45,472 nt of DNA from a virus (Duplodnaviria > Caudoviricetes), in IMG/VR virus record IMGVR_UViG_3300027985_000858, positions 1 to 45,472 of that record. The stretch is one strand, 5' to 3'. The notes beneath the pieces are model-generated. The model had not been told where the DNA came from, did no database searches, and saw only the letters and a program-made list of their open reading frames with translations. The translations under genes and the position numbers were made by a program. Shown piece after piece: positions 20,138 to 30,118 of the stretch; the first letter of the stretch is position 1; the number at the start of each line of letters is the position of its first letter.

Positions 20138-20600
20138 TGTATCTCCTTATGTCATCCGCGGTTAATTCTCTTCCTTCAAATGTTCTTTTTACCGCCCTTT
20201 TCAATTTTATTTCACCTATTTTTTTCATTAAACTTTCATCTATAGAATGTTTAATACATAGGAACCTAACCATATCATAAACATTAAAATTAAGCCTATT
20301 TGATTTTTTAATTAATAGCTGGTTTACCGCATCAATGCACATTTTTAATGGCTTATTATAAAAAGAGATCTTATTAGTGAATGGCATATCAATATCAAGT
20401 TTATTGAACATATTTAAAACATCTGCAGATTCTTCTACTATTGAATCCCTGTCATTTGTTATAATTGCAATTGCAAGTTCAATCACCTCTTCAACCGCTT
20501 TTTTCTTAATTACTTTTTCACCATAGTATTCAAGTAAATATTTATTTGCTTTTGAATCAAAATTCATTTTCCATTTCCTCCATAATCTCTTGAATTTCAA
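20079..20600 (-). CDS. MazG-like nucleotide pyrophosphohydrolase (true start probably the internal MNFDSK)
   Basis: EEVIEL...EESADV motif. Confidence 0.65.
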   Translation of the reverse strand: MKFKRLWRKWKMNFDSKANKYLLEYYGEKVIKKKAVEEVIELAIAIITNDRDSIVEESADVLNMFNKLDIDMPFTNKISFYNKPLKMCIDAVNQLLIKKSNRLNFNVYDMVRFLCIKHSIDESLMKKIGEIKLKRAVKRTFEGRELTADDIRRYNEICQNDSTCNPGNNQSRL

Positions 20601-20979
20601 CCGCTGTTAATGGGTTGATGTATAGACCTAATAAATCCATGCAAGTTCTTTTAGAGCTATGATAATGACGCTCTATAAGTATATTTCTACAATACTTATC
20701 ATCTATTATAACCCTTGCATCTGTAACAGCATCTAATAGTGGTTTTAGGCATGAATCTGAATCCTGGCCAAACTTTAAAAATACTACTAAATGTACATCA
20801 AAAAAACTTTCAGCTTTCACATTTTTATCGATAAGTGTGGTTATTGTACTCTTGAAATGGCGGTAAGCTTCAGTTAGATATACAACTGGAATATGGCGGT
20901 TCCCTTTTTTGATAACCCTTATATCCTTCCATTTATTAACCGATACTGCCTTTCCTTTGAATACAACAAGCTCTTTCAT
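20557..20979 (-). CDS. rusA: RusA-like Holliday junction resolvase
   Basis: SVN motif; DSDS.LKPLLDA......DD catalytic pattern. Confidence 0.8.
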   Translation of the reverse strand: MKELVVFKGKAVSVNKWKDIRVIKKGNRHIPVVYLTEAYRHFKSTITTLIDKNVKAESFFDVHLVVFLKFGQDSDSCLKPLLDAVTDARVIIDDKYCRNILIERHYHSSKRTCMDLLGLYINPLTAVEIQEIMEEMENEF

Positions 20980-21174
20980 TTAACCCTCTTTATTTGGAGA
21001 AGATTCTTTAAAAGAATCAGTTATCATGTATACATCTTCATCTTTTATATTTTTAATAATATCGAATGTTTGATCTTCCTTTTCTATAAAAATAATACAG
21101 GCTTTATTTTCCAGACTAGATCCTTCAACTAATTTCACAGCCATATTTCTTAAACCTAAATCTCTTATTCCCAT
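20980..21174 (-). CDS. Hypothetical protein
   Basis: Coupled ORF in the operon. Confidence 0.65.
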   Translation of the reverse strand: MGIRDLGLRNMAVKLVEGSSLENKACIIFIEKEDQTFDIIKNIKDEDVYMITDSFKESSPNKEG

Positions 21175-21506
21175 TAACCAATCCTTTTGACTAAAATGTC
21201 TTTTATTATTGCTTCTCCATAATTCTGAAGAATTCTGTAATATGTAAAAAATTTCTCATTGTCTTTATATATTCCGAAATGCTTCATAGCACCAGAAAAT
21301 GTAAATTCTTTACCTTCAACACCTTCTATAGAGTATTTATACTTCATTGTTTTACCGCCTAAGTAAAACAGGCAATCACCAATTTCTAATTTACCATCAA
21401 GTGCATTTAATTTATTTTGAAGTTCACTTTGAGTTAATCCAGTAATTGTCCTTATTGCTTCTTCTGTGGCTTCCTCTTTGAAACCATATGCTGATAACAT
21501 TATCAT
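21174..21506 (-). CDS. Hypothetical protein
   Basis: ORF with RBS in the operon. Confidence 0.65.
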   Translation of the reverse strand: MIMLSAYGFKEEATEEAIRTITGLTQSELQNKLNALDGKLEIGDCLFYLGGKTMKYKYSIEGVEGKEFTFSGAMKHFGIYKDNEKFFTYYRILQNYGEAIIKDILVKRIG

Positions 21507-21518
21507 ATAAATTAACCT

Positions 21519-21794
21519 CTAATTTCTTTTCAAAATATTACCAAGTTTTAATATATAAACAAAATCAGAATTACCACCTAATTCTGGATTGCCAATACCT
21601 TTTATTATTTCTTTTAATTCAATATCAAACCAAGGAGAATTTTTCGAATATCCATTTTTAAATCTGATTAAATCATATTCTTTAGAAAAGCGAGTGTCCC
21701 AATACGGTTTTATAGCTCTGTATTCTTCTTTTTTTATACCAGATAAAATTAAATCAAACCATTTCTTTTTTAATGTTAGATGGAGAATTCTCAT
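21519..21794 (-). CDS. ASCH-domain protein
   Basis: LHLTLKKKWFDLILSGIKKEEYR (GxKxxExR) motif. Confidence 0.85.
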   Translation of the reverse strand: MRILHLTLKKKWFDLILSGIKKEEYRAIKPYWDTRFSKEYDLIRFKNGYSKNSPWFDIELKEIIKGIGNPELGGNSDFVYILKLGNILKRN

Positions 21795-21870
21795 ATAAAC
21801 CTACCTATAATTAATCTTTAAATAGATGTCCACAATGCAGACACCTATAATAAAAACATAAAATACTATC

Positions 21871-22317
21871 TTAAAAGGGAATGTCATCTTCAAATAATGG
21901 ATCAGGGTATTCTTCTTGATACCCTGTATATTCTTTACGTTCATCGTGCCGTTGATTAGTTTGTCTGCCTTGTGTGTGTTGCGTTTGGCTATTAGTTTTT
22001 CCTTGAGTTTGTCCATTATTATCTGCTCCACTCCTTCCTTGCATAATAATATCCTGGGCAATAATTTTTAAATATTTTTTCCCATTATACTCTTCCATAA
22101 ATGATTGACCAAATACAGAAATATCCATTCCTGTGTGAAGAAATTCGGTAATGCCCTCAGCTCTTTTCCCCCAAAAAGATACACCATACCAGGTGGTTTT
22201 TCTTTCTTTACTTTTTGTATCGTAATACTTTTCAGCTACAGATAGATTTAATAAAAAAGATTCACCAACGAATTTAGTCTCTATTCTTCCTATTTTCCCA
22301 ACTATTACGCCGTACAT
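21871..22317 (-). CDS. ssb: Single-stranded DNA-binding protein with acidic tail
   Basis: OB-fold motifs (T.W..VSFWGKRAE...G..I.V.G); C-terminal DDIPF. Confidence 0.9.
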   Translation of the reverse strand: MYGVIVGKIGRIETKFVGESFLLNLSVAEKYYDTKSKERKTTWYGVSFWGKRAEGITEFLHTGMDISVFGQSFMEEYNGKKYLKIIAQDIIMQGRSGADNNGQTQGKTNSQTQHTQGRQTNQRHDERKEYTGYQEEYPDPLFEDDIPF

Positions 22318-23843
22318 AAACGCTCCTTTGCTGCGGTTATTATCAATCCAGCAGCCGCTTTAGTTATATTTCCAGGACAATGCCCTGTTAGTCTCTTTAT
22401 ATATGCTTTTTGTGATTCTGTAGCCATTCCGTTAAGCGGTAAAATATTTTTACTCATAATTTTATCAATAACATTTGAGGCTTTAGATTTATCAATTTCA
22501 CTGGTATCTATCATATACCTTGTTAATAATTCTCTTTGCTTTTCTGTTATCTGGCCTTCTAATTTTTTCCCTTGGAACCATGCTTCACTATCAGTATTTT
22601 CTATATCTAACATGGAATTTATTTCTAATGGATCAAAAGATTCAAATTCATAACCTTTTCTTTCTGCTCTTCCTACTATACTATCAATTGAATAAAATCT
22701 TTCTTTTATTTCCTCTATTGCTTCAACGAGATCACCATCTGGATCCAAAGTTTTAGCTTCTTCAATAAACTTTTTATCAAAGTTATCTTCAAGTAATTCA
22801 TATGATGAAACCAGATCATGTTCATCTGAATTGTATGTGAATTCTAATAACCGCAAATAATCTTTTCCTTGGAATAGTCTTGTTCCTCTTCCAACAGCTT
22901 GTGAAAACACAATTCTTGATTTAGTTGGCCTTAGCATTACAACACAGTCAATAGACGGTTCATCATACCCCTCTATTAGTAAATTATTTGATGCTAAATA
23001 TTTAATATTGCCAGCAGAAAATTGAGCCAATACGTGTTCATTATCATCCCTATCCCCAAAAACACAATCAGCTTTTAATTTCATTTCTCTCATAGTTTCA
23101 GCAATCAATTTAGAACTATGAACATTTGGCATAAATAGCAAAACTTTATTCCTGTCCTGAGTTTCTTTCTCAATATTGTTTGCAATAGGAACTAAATATT
23201 TTTCAATGATGGTCCCTAGTTCATCATCATCAAAATCTTTTTCATTTGTTTTAAGACTAGATAAATCAATGTTGAAATCCTTAACACGCCTACCTTTAAT
23301 TCTACAAAGAAATCCATCCATAATTGCTTTATGCAAAGTATACTGATAAGCAATGGTCGTAAAAGTTGGATATAAGCTAACTTTATCTGGCCTATCTGCT
23401 GTTGCTGTTAAACCTATTCTCTTTGCATGGCTAAAATGCTCAAAAATATCTTGATATGTTTTTGCAGTAGCCCTATGGCATTCGTCAATTATAATAACAT
23501 CAACTGCTTCTTTAGGTATATCAAAGAGTCTTTTACCTTTTATTGTTTGTACAGAAGCAGTTACATTGCCACAACCCCAAGAAGCTCTTTGTTTACCCTG
23601 CTCTCTATATGGATAACGGTCAGTATGCTTATATATTTTATCCTCAGCTTGTGTAAGCAAAAAACCGCGGTGTGCTATGAACAGAACCTTTTTCTTTTTT
23701 TGATTTAATTTTGAAATAACCATTGCAGCAACCTCTGTTTTCCCTGTTCCTGTTGCCAATATCAATATTGGATGTTGGTCATTATTTATAGCATTTAAAA
23801 CATTTTCACAGGAAATTTCCTGATAGTACCGCGGTTTAAACAT
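22305..23843 (-). CDS. Superfamily 2 DExH helicase
   Basis: ATGTGKT, DECH, GLTAT, EGYD.P and Q.VGRG.R motifs. Confidence 0.93.
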   Translation of the reverse strand: MFKPRYYQEISCENVLNAINNDQHPILILATGTGKTEVAAMVISKLNQKKKKVLFIAHRGFLLTQAEDKIYKHTDRYPYREQGKQRASWGCGNVTASVQTIKGKRLFDIPKEAVDVIIIDECHRATAKTYQDIFEHFSHAKRIGLTATADRPDKVSLYPTFTTIAYQYTLHKAIMDGFLCRIKGRRVKDFNIDLSSLKTNEKDFDDDELGTIIEKYLVPIANNIEKETQDRNKVLLFMPNVHSSKLIAETMREMKLKADCVFGDRDDNEHVLAQFSAGNIKYLASNNLLIEGYDEPSIDCVVMLRPTKSRIVFSQAVGRGTRLFQGKDYLRLLEFTYNSDEHDLVSSYELLEDNFDKKFIEEAKTLDPDGDLVEAIEEIKERFYSIDSIVGRAERKGYEFESFDPLEINSMLDIENTDSEAWFQGKKLEGQITEKQRELLTRYMIDTSEIDKSKASNVIDKIMSKNILPLNGMATESQKAYIKRLTGHCPGNITKAAAGLIITAAKERLCTA

Positions 23844-23844
23844 A

Positions 23845-24708
23845 TCAATCCTTCCTTATGTGTCCTACCTTTCCTTCTTTACATGCCTTACAACCTTTAC
23901 CTAAACATAAAGGGCAATCAAATGGAACATCAACCCAAGTTTGATATTCATTTATATCCAATTCAACACGATCCACAAAGTCCAGGAAATATTTAGATTC
24001 ATTAGATTTAGAATATTTCTTTATAAATGTGGTAGTGCTTTTCATTATTGAAATCAAAGAGCTTAACCGGTTTTTATACCAGAATAAATAATCTTCATTA
24101 GTTTCTTCTTTTGTAGGTTTCTCATTAATTTTCTTTAATGCTCCAGATACAGATTTATTTGCAGCTATTTCAAGTTCTTCCGCTTCTTCTGTTTTACCTT
24201 CTTCTTCAAGTTCTTTTATTTTATCTAAAACTTGCTGTCCCATCTTGAATGTTTTACCAGACATGCCAAGCTCTCCGCCGACAACATCTCTTATAGTTTC
24301 TTTACCTGTTTCAGCTAGTATTTCTTTTTTCTTTTCAAGAAGAAGTTGTTCTCTTACTTCTCCTTCCCTTATTTTTTGCATAATTGTTTTGTTTCTATAA
24401 AGGTTTTCCTCAAGAAGATGTCTTGTTCTTTGGTAGTCGTCTTTATAGTGAAGCATAACAGCTTTAATTTTATCTTTACCAAGAAACTTATGTGCTGCAA
24501 ACCGCCTTTCACCAGAAATTAATGTGTAATTTTGGTCAATAACAACAGGTTGTAATAGACCGTTTAATTCAATAGATTCAACCAATTTAGCAAATTCTAA
24601 TTTTTGTTCATCTGTTTTTAAATTAGATGGGTCTGTGTCTCCATAAATATCTGCATTAATCGGAAACGGTGAAATTTTGCTAAGTTCAACCTCTAAATAT
24701 TTTTCCAT
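23845..24708 (-). CDS. ParB/Srx-domain DNA-binding protein with HTH and a C-terminal CxxCxGxGCxxC finger
   Basis: L.ESI..NGLLQPVVI, ISGERR (GxRR arginine patch), EEN..R, RDVVGGELGMSGKTF helix-turn-helix. Confidence 0.85.
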   Translation of the reverse strand: MEKYLEVELSKISPFPINADIYGDTDPSNLKTDEQKLEFAKLVESIELNGLLQPVVIDQNYTLISGERRFAAHKFLGKDKIKAVMLHYKDDYQRTRHLLEENLYRNKTIMQKIREGEVREQLLLEKKKEILAETGKETIRDVVGGELGMSGKTFKMGQQVLDKIKELEEEGKTEEAEELEIAANKSVSGALKKINEKPTKEETNEDYLFWYKNRLSSLISIMKSTTTFIKKYSKSNESKYFLDFVDRVELDINEYQTWVDVPFDCPLCLGKGCKACKEGKVGHIRKD

Positions 24709-26114
24709 ATATCATCTCCTTCGTATTTTTCCACTTTTTTTTCAACAGGTGGTACATCAAATAATGGATCAAATAATTGTGGTTGTATAGGTGCTTTTTC
24801 TGTGATTTTTGATTTAACTTCTTGATTAGGAGTTGGAAAATTTTCCAACTTTTTCTCTTCAATTATTCCTTCATCTTCTTCTACTGTTAAAATTATACCA
24901 TCTTCACCTGTAGGATTTTCAGAAAATATTTCCATAAAAACAATAAATCCCTGTTCAATTGCTAATTTTGCAATCTCTTCTCTTTTAGCTTTACTCATTG
25001 ATTCACCGTGTTCAATAAGCATAAGAGGTAATTTTTTAGGATCTTTATTGGCCATAGCAAACATAACCGCGGTTTTTAACCTGTCTGAAAAACAAGAATT
25101 ACTCCATAACTTGCCATTAATTAAAACATTTTTATCAGTATCAATTTTTATACCAGGTACACCGAATTCGGCATTGTTATAAAGATCCTTTATTTTAGAG
25201 TCAAGATCAGAAATAGCATTATTTGATTGAAGAATTATTTCATCTACTTTTTCTTTTTCTTCTTTCCATTCTATATACTTACTGTATAACTTATCGTTTT
25301 CCAGGAACTCTTTAGCAGCAAGTTGTTTTTCGTAAAGCAATCTAGTGTCTAGCACATTTTTTTCGTCTAAAGAATATTTGGAGTCAAGAAGTTTATTATA
25401 ATTAAGAATTTGCTCTTTCTTATCAAGAATATGCCTTTCTAGTTCTTTAATTTCATCATTTAAAATATTAATTATTCCATGAAGCTCTTCTTGTTTTTTT
25501 TCGATAACAGCAATATTTTCAACCGCTGTTTTAAGTTTTACATACTCTTCTGGATTATACTCACCAGCCTCTTTAGGTTTAGAAACAGGTTCCATATGAC
25601 CAAGTTCTTTAATTTTACGATTATAATAAGTTAGAGATGTTTTAATCTCTTCTTTTTCCTTTTCTTCTTCAACCGCAATAGGGCAAGCTGCGGTTAATGT
25701 ATTATATACCTCAGCTCCAGTCTTAGTTGCCAGTAATGAAGGATCATAAAACCCACCAAATAAATCTTTAAGAATAACTTGTGGTTTAGCTAAAACCTTA
25801 TTTTTATTTGAAATAACAAGTTCTGCTACTTGTTCATTTTTTGCATTAATTCTTATCCTTTTTTTGATAAGAACTCCTGTTGATGTACTAACTTCAATGT
25901 TAGCTTCTTTTTGCCCTGTTTTAATTATTCCATTAGGAACCTGACCACCGTTAAATAAAAGCATTAGGGCATCTATCACAGTTGATTTACCAGCACCATT
26001 AGGTCCTACAATTGGTACAAATTCTCCGTCTTTTAATTCCTTAGATACTAAAGAAATATTACGTAAATTTTCTATCTTTAAATAATTTAAAGAACCAAAT
26101 TCTTTTAAATCCAT
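24693..26114 (-). CDS. SMC/SbcC-like coiled-coil ATPase
   Basis: Walker A GPNGAGKST, long coiled coil, degenerate C-terminal signature/Walker B (LMLIEHGE). Confidence 0.8.
   Translation of the reverse strand: MDLKEFGSLNYLKIENLRNISLVSKELKDGEFVPIVGPNGAGKSTVIDALMLLFNGGQVPNGIIKTGQKEANIEVSTSTGVLIKKRIRINAKNEQVAELVISNKNKVLAKPQVILKDLFGGFYDPSLLATKTGAEVYNTLTAACPIAVEEEKEKEEIKTSLTYYNRKIKELGHMEPVSKPKEAGEYNPEEYVKLKTAVENIAVIEKKQEELHGIINILNDEIKELERHILDKKEQILNYNKLLDSKYSLDEKNVLDTRLLYEKQLAAKEFLENDKLYSKYIEWKEEKEKVDEIILQSNNAISDLDSKIKDLYNNAEFGVPGIKIDTDKNVLINGKLWSNSCFSDRLKTAVMFAMANKDPKKLPLMLIEHGESMSKAKREEIAKLAIEQGFIVFMEIFSENPTGEDGIILTVEEDEGIIEEKKLENFPTPNQEVKSKITEKAPIQPQLFDPLFDVPPVEKKVEKYEGDDIWKNI
24831..24851. repeat. 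Dispersed palindrome copy (perfect over 20 bp), about 120 bp upstream of the ParB-like start
   Basis: AGTTGGAAAATTTTCCAACT within CDS (KLENFPT). Confidence 0.85.
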
Positions 26115-26116
26115 AT

Positions 26117-26338
26117 TTAAACTCCTTCATAAATGGTAAAAGATTTATTCCAATCAGATAACCTTTTACTCCATAATCTTCCGTTTTGACCAATATATAT
26201 AACATCTACTGGGTGTGACTCTATCAACTCAATTGAAGTATGAATATTGGTTAAAAATAAGACAGTATAAATGTTTCCATTTCTATGTTTATATTGTTTT
26301 CCAGTCATAAAATTATTAATATCAATTAAATCATCCAT
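26117..26338 (-). CDS. DUF1653-like SH3-fold protein
   Basis: G..YKH.NG..Y.V...V.Y....G.LW.K...W pattern. Confidence 0.7.
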   Translation of the reverse strand: MDDLIDINNFMTGKQYKHRNGNIYTVLFLTNIHTSIELIESHPVDVIYIGQNGRLWSKRLSDWNKSFTIYEGV

Positions 26339-26347
26339 AATTCCACC

Positions 26348-27139
26348 TTATTGTATGTTATTCATAAAGTTGTAAACCGCCTGAATAGCTTTAAATGTTT
26401 TAAAACCTTCAACTAATTTAACACCATCATAGAAAACTGGTTCAAAGAAAGGGAGCTTAGGGTCTGTCCCTATAATTCCAATGTACCCTATTTGAGAGTG
26501 TTCAATCCTAGCATAAGCACCTAACTGTATTTGCCATTGTTCATAGTAATTAACTTTAAGTTTTAACATTTTACTTGAATCTTTTTTTGAGAATCCAGGA
26601 TGTTTAACACCCTGAGTTTTCCAATCAATAAGTCCTGGGACCTGATTACCAAAAGGGTCAAGGATCATACCAGAAGCATCGCATTTACCTGCATATCTAT
26701 CGATTTTGTTTACAAGAGTTTTCTCACAATCTACAGTAACCGCGGTTTTTAGAAACCAGTCATAGGCAAGCCTTATACTAGCATGAAGCGGTTTACTAAG
26801 TGCGGTACCATGAGCCATTACAAAGTCTTTAACCATTACCAATGGAACATCTTCTTTATACATACTTTCTATTAGATCATGTACATCTGTTCCTTTTTCG
26901 GCTGCGTTATTTTCTTCATCAAATGTGTTTTTTACTATTCTTGTATAATCTTCAAGTGAACAGTTTTGATCTATCCTTTTAGCGATTTCAATTAATCCAT
27001 TCTCTTTCCATTTAATAATCCCAGGTTTTGCAATTATATCCAAATAAGTTGTTACGGATGGTAACAATCCCTCTTTTTTTGCAACTGAAGGAGTAGCATC
27101 AAATCTTTCTAAACCTTCGTCTGTGTAAAAATGTCCCAT
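26348..27139 (-). CDS. PD-(D/E)xK exonuclease
   Basis: PSVTT, GT.VH, YAG.CD, IDWKT, QL.AY motifs. Confidence 0.85.
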   Translation of the reverse strand: MGHFYTDEGLERFDATPSVAKKEGLLPSVTTYLDIIAKPGIIKWKENGLIEIAKRIDQNCSLEDYTRIVKNTFDEENNAAEKGTDVHDLIESMYKEDVPLVMVKDFVMAHGTALSKPLHASIRLAYDWFLKTAVTVDCEKTLVNKIDRYAGKCDASGMILDPFGNQVPGLIDWKTQGVKHPGFSKKDSSKMLKLKVNYYEQWQIQLGAYARIEHSQIGYIGIIGTDPKLPFFEPVFYDGVKLVEGFKTFKAIQAVYNFMNNIQ

Positions 27140-27972
27140 TATTTTTCGCTCCTTTTTAGGTCATGCATCCGCTTGGCCCGGTTAATTTTTTCTTTGACAT
27201 GAGGATATCGTGTTATAACCGCAGCCCACCCTTTATCATGTTGCAACTTATGAATACTCCTTTTTGCATGGAACCAATTCCAGGAAAATTCATAAACTCC
27301 TTTATCAGATCCAGCAGAAATAATATGCATTCTTTCTGTAGGATCAAAGTCAGTTCCCATTTCCATTGTAAACTCACAATATGGAAATCGTTCTCTGTAC
27401 TCAACCCATGAAATTTTATCTAAATCATCCTCTACAAATCTGTGTTCGTACCATAATTTAAATATTTCAGATAATGGCCGTTTAAAAATTGCATCAACAA
27501 TATCTTCTGGAATAGGCCTTTCTAGGAGCATTTCAAATGCTACTTCAATAAATCTATTCATATGAACAGTTGTGCATAATTTATGAGATGATCTTAAAAG
27601 TTGAAAAGCACCAGTAAATTCATTTTTAATTTGAAAATTAGCATGTTCAAGGATTCCTTCGTGTATATCATCTAGATCGTCACCAGTTGGTTTTCTGCCA
27701 TAGTCTATTTGATAGATTAAAGATTCAACCGCCTTTAGTGTATTTAGTTGATTTAGAGTTCTCCTTTTATACCATGTTTCCAGCATTACCTCTGCAAGCT
27801 GTTCCCCATCAATCTTTAAAACAGAACCATCAACAGTAGGAGATAAAACCCCTTCCCCTGTAATAGTGAAAAAAACCTTATTTTCGCCGTTAATCCATTT
27901 TTTTATTACAGGGTCAATGTTAGAATTGCTAAAGAGTAATAAGGGATTTTCTACAAACCCCTTAACTCTCAT
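27139..27972 (-). CDS. NinB/Orf-like recombination protein fused to a degenerate HNH (DUF968-like) C-terminal domain
   Basis: RTLNQ and SS.K.....M..FIE motifs; C-terminal H....GS...N...H..QH..G. Confidence 0.5.
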   Translation of the reverse strand: MRVKGFVENPLLLFSNSNIDPVIKKWINGENKVFFTITGEGVLSPTVDGSVLKIDGEQLAEVMLETWYKRRTLNQLNTLKAVESLIYQIDYGRKPTGDDLDDIHEGILEHANFQIKNEFTGAFQLLRSSHKLCTTVHMNRFIEVAFEMLLERPIPEDIVDAIFKRPLSEIFKLWYEHRFVEDDLDKISWVEYRERFPYCEFTMEMGTDFDPTERMHIISAGSDKGVYEFSWNWFHAKRSIHKLQHDKGWAAVITRYPHVKEKINRAKRMHDLKRSEK

Positions 27973-28595
27973 TTACCAAGACCTTTTAAGATATTTAATT
28001 TTTCATAAATAGAATTAAGATCAGTGGCCTGTTCAATAAAGTTTTCCCATTTATTTAATGTTTCAATGGCATTAGGACCAAAAGCTCTATCGAAATATTT
28101 TATAGATGTGAGTCTATTTAACTCATTTTTATAATCTTGTTTAGCTCTAATCAAATCCATTTCTGTAGATGTTTTATCATTATCATCGCCAGAAATAAAT
28201 AGGAATCTTTTTACAAATAAGTTTTTAACCGCATAAGTTATCGCCTTACCTGTATCTTTATCTCCCTGGTCCACACCTGAACCAATAGAAACCGCTGGAA
28301 GTGAAGCCCCTGTTTCTATATCCATAAAAATGCCATGCAAAACTATCTTAACCGCGGTTGATGAATGAAAGAACGGATCAATTTTTGTTATGAAAAAATC
28401 AACTCCATATTCATCTAGCAATGGCCTTACTAGAGTCAAAACTCCCTCTTCACTCCTGGCCGCATAAGAGCTGTTTTTTAAAGCTACTGTCATGTCTTTA
28501 CCCATGAAACATTTCTTTCTGATTTCAACAAGTTTTTTTGCTAATTTAACTTGATCCTGATTGATTACCTCGATTTCCATTTTCACCTCACACAA
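27969..28595 (-). CDS. erf: ERF-family single-strand annealing protein
   Basis: VRPLL.EYG; GSGVD.GDK..GKAITYA.K......F.I..DD.D motif. Confidence 0.88.
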   Translation of the reverse strand: MCEVKMEIEVINQDQVKLAKKLVEIRKKCFMGKDMTVALKNSSYAARSEEGVLTLVRPLLDEYGVDFFITKIDPFFHSSTAVKIVLHGIFMDIETGASLPAVSIGSGVDQGDKDTGKAITYAVKNLFVKRFLFISGDDNDKTSTEMDLIRAKQDYKNELNRLTSIKYFDRAFGPNAIETLNKWENFIEQATDLNSIYEKLNILKGLGK

Positions 28596-28875
28596 AATCT
28601 AATACAAGATTTTCTCCCTCAATTTGTTTTAAGTCTATAAACTTACCATCGACTTTTTCATACTCAATAGGTAATGTTATAAACCTCCTTCCATCAGATA
28701 GAGCCAAAACCTTAGTCATATAACCATCAAATTTTTTAATATAAACACGGTTTTTCTCTACTTGAACAATTATTTTATCTCCAATTTTCCAATCTTCAAG
28801 AAATTTAGCTGGTATATAAAAAGCAGCTCTATTATTTCTGGAATGTATACTACGCCTAACTGTTTCCATAAGCAT
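28588..28875 (-). CDS. AbrB/MazE-like DNA-binding protein
   Basis: IPAKF......GDKI.V.V....V.IK pattern, apparently duplicated (ITLP). Confidence 0.55.
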   Translation of the reverse strand: MLMETVRRSIHSRNNRAAFYIPAKFLEDWKIGDKIIVQVEKNRVYIKKFDGYMTKVLALSDGRRFITLPIEYEKVDGKFIDLKQIEGENLVLDFV

Positions 28876-28878
28876 ATT

Positions 28879-29154
28879 TTATAGTATCTTTTTAGTATTG
28901 GCAACCAATTCTTTTAGGTAATCAATGAAGTTTTCTTTTTGTTTTGAATAATCACCGTATTGAGATGTAAACAAATGCTTTCTAATAGCTATCCATCTAT
29001 TGAAAGATTTAACAATTTTTTTTGCTTCTCTTTTGTTTTTTAAGGTTTTAGGGTCCTTAAGCAAACCGCAATAAATATTAAAATAAACAGGGGTTAAATT
29101 CCCATCTGTTCTTTTAGAACCAACTTCTTCTGACTTTAATTCTTTGATTACCAT
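28879..29154 (-). CDS. Hypothetical protein
   Basis: RBS AAGGAG. Confidence 0.7.
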   Translation of the reverse strand: MVIKELKSEEVGSKRTDGNLTPVYFNIYCGLLKDPKTLKNKREAKKIVKSFNRWIAIRKHLFTSQYGDYSKQKENFIDYLKELVANTKKIL

Positions 29155-29192
29155 ATTTACTCCTTATGATTAATATAAAGTGCCGAAAATAT

Positions 29193-29396
29193 TTATTTAC
29201 CCGCTTTAGTTAAAATATCTTTTGCAACTAAAACAGGACAATTTAAATCATGTGAAACATCATTGTAACTTTTCCATGAAGAACCATTACAGAAATTACA
29301 ACAGTAACCTTTTGGTGAATAATCACCATGATCGTAATTTTCCCAGTATTCTAAAACAGTTTTTGCAAGTAATTCTGAATCAGATTTATAGCTCAA
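29193..29396 (-). CDS. Small Cys/His (possible zinc-binding) protein
   Basis: CNFC...H...CP; TTG start with RBS AAGGAG. Confidence 0.65.
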   Translation of the reverse strand: MSYKSDSELLAKTVLEYWENYDHGDYSPKGYCCNFCNGSSWKSYNDVSHDLNCPVLVAKDILTKAGK

Positions 29397-29441
29397 TTCT
29401 TTCTCCTTTTATTTTAAGTTAAGCAGTATGTACCATATAAA

Positions 29442-29639
29442 TTAATTATAATTCATTCTAAATTCAGTAATAACAAATGGACAATCTGCTTTATCGCCAA
29501 GAACAAGAGCGGTTAAAAAATCATCGTTATTGTTATATGGGATTAATTCCTCTATTTTTATGTTGTTACCGTTTTCAAACTCTTCTTTAATGCGGTTATC
29601 CTTGAAATAACCATCAAACCAAAAAAATCCATTACTCAT
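29442..29639 (-). CDS. Hypothetical protein
   Basis: RBS GGAG. Confidence 0.65.
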   Translation of the reverse strand: MSNGFFWFDGYFKDNRIKEEFENGNNIKIEELIPYNNNDDFLTALVLGDKADCPFVITEFRMNYN

Positions 29640-29651
29640 ATTTCCTCCAGA

Positions 29652-29939
29652 TTATTTACCTTCATACTGCCACATGACAGCATTACAATAAGAATGAACC
29701 GCACCCTCTGTCATTCCTGTATTATGGTCATGCTGCAAATGAATAGGATATTTTAAAAAATTATTAGGAAAAAGTTTCAAATTTATTTTTTTATCTTTTA
29801 CCTTCTTATCTGGTTCTCCAAATAAAGATTTACCGCAATATAAGCATTTACCATTTTGTTCTTGTATATATTGCTCTCTAACCTCTTTTCTTTCTGTCCA
29901 ATGCAACAATGTATAATCTACAGGTAATTTATATTTCAT
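29652..29939 (-). CDS. HNH / endonuclease VII-like protein
   Basis: QNGKCLYC...HLQHDHNTG....AVHSYCN. Confidence 0.75.
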   Translation of the reverse strand: MKYKLPVDYTLLHWTERKEVREQYIQEQNGKCLYCGKSLFGEPDKKVKDKKINLKLFPNNFLKYPIHLQHDHNTGMTEGAVHSYCNAVMWQYEGK

Positions 29940-30118
29940 TTATTATCCTTAAATCTTATTGAAAACAAATTGTGCATTATTATAAAGCCAACATTCTCTA
30001 GATTTTTTTCTACAGCACCAATACACATTAAAAACAATAAACTTAATGCAGTTAATAAAAACATTAGACTTAATAAATCGTAAAAAGATTTCATAGAATT
30101 TACTCCAGGTTATTATTA

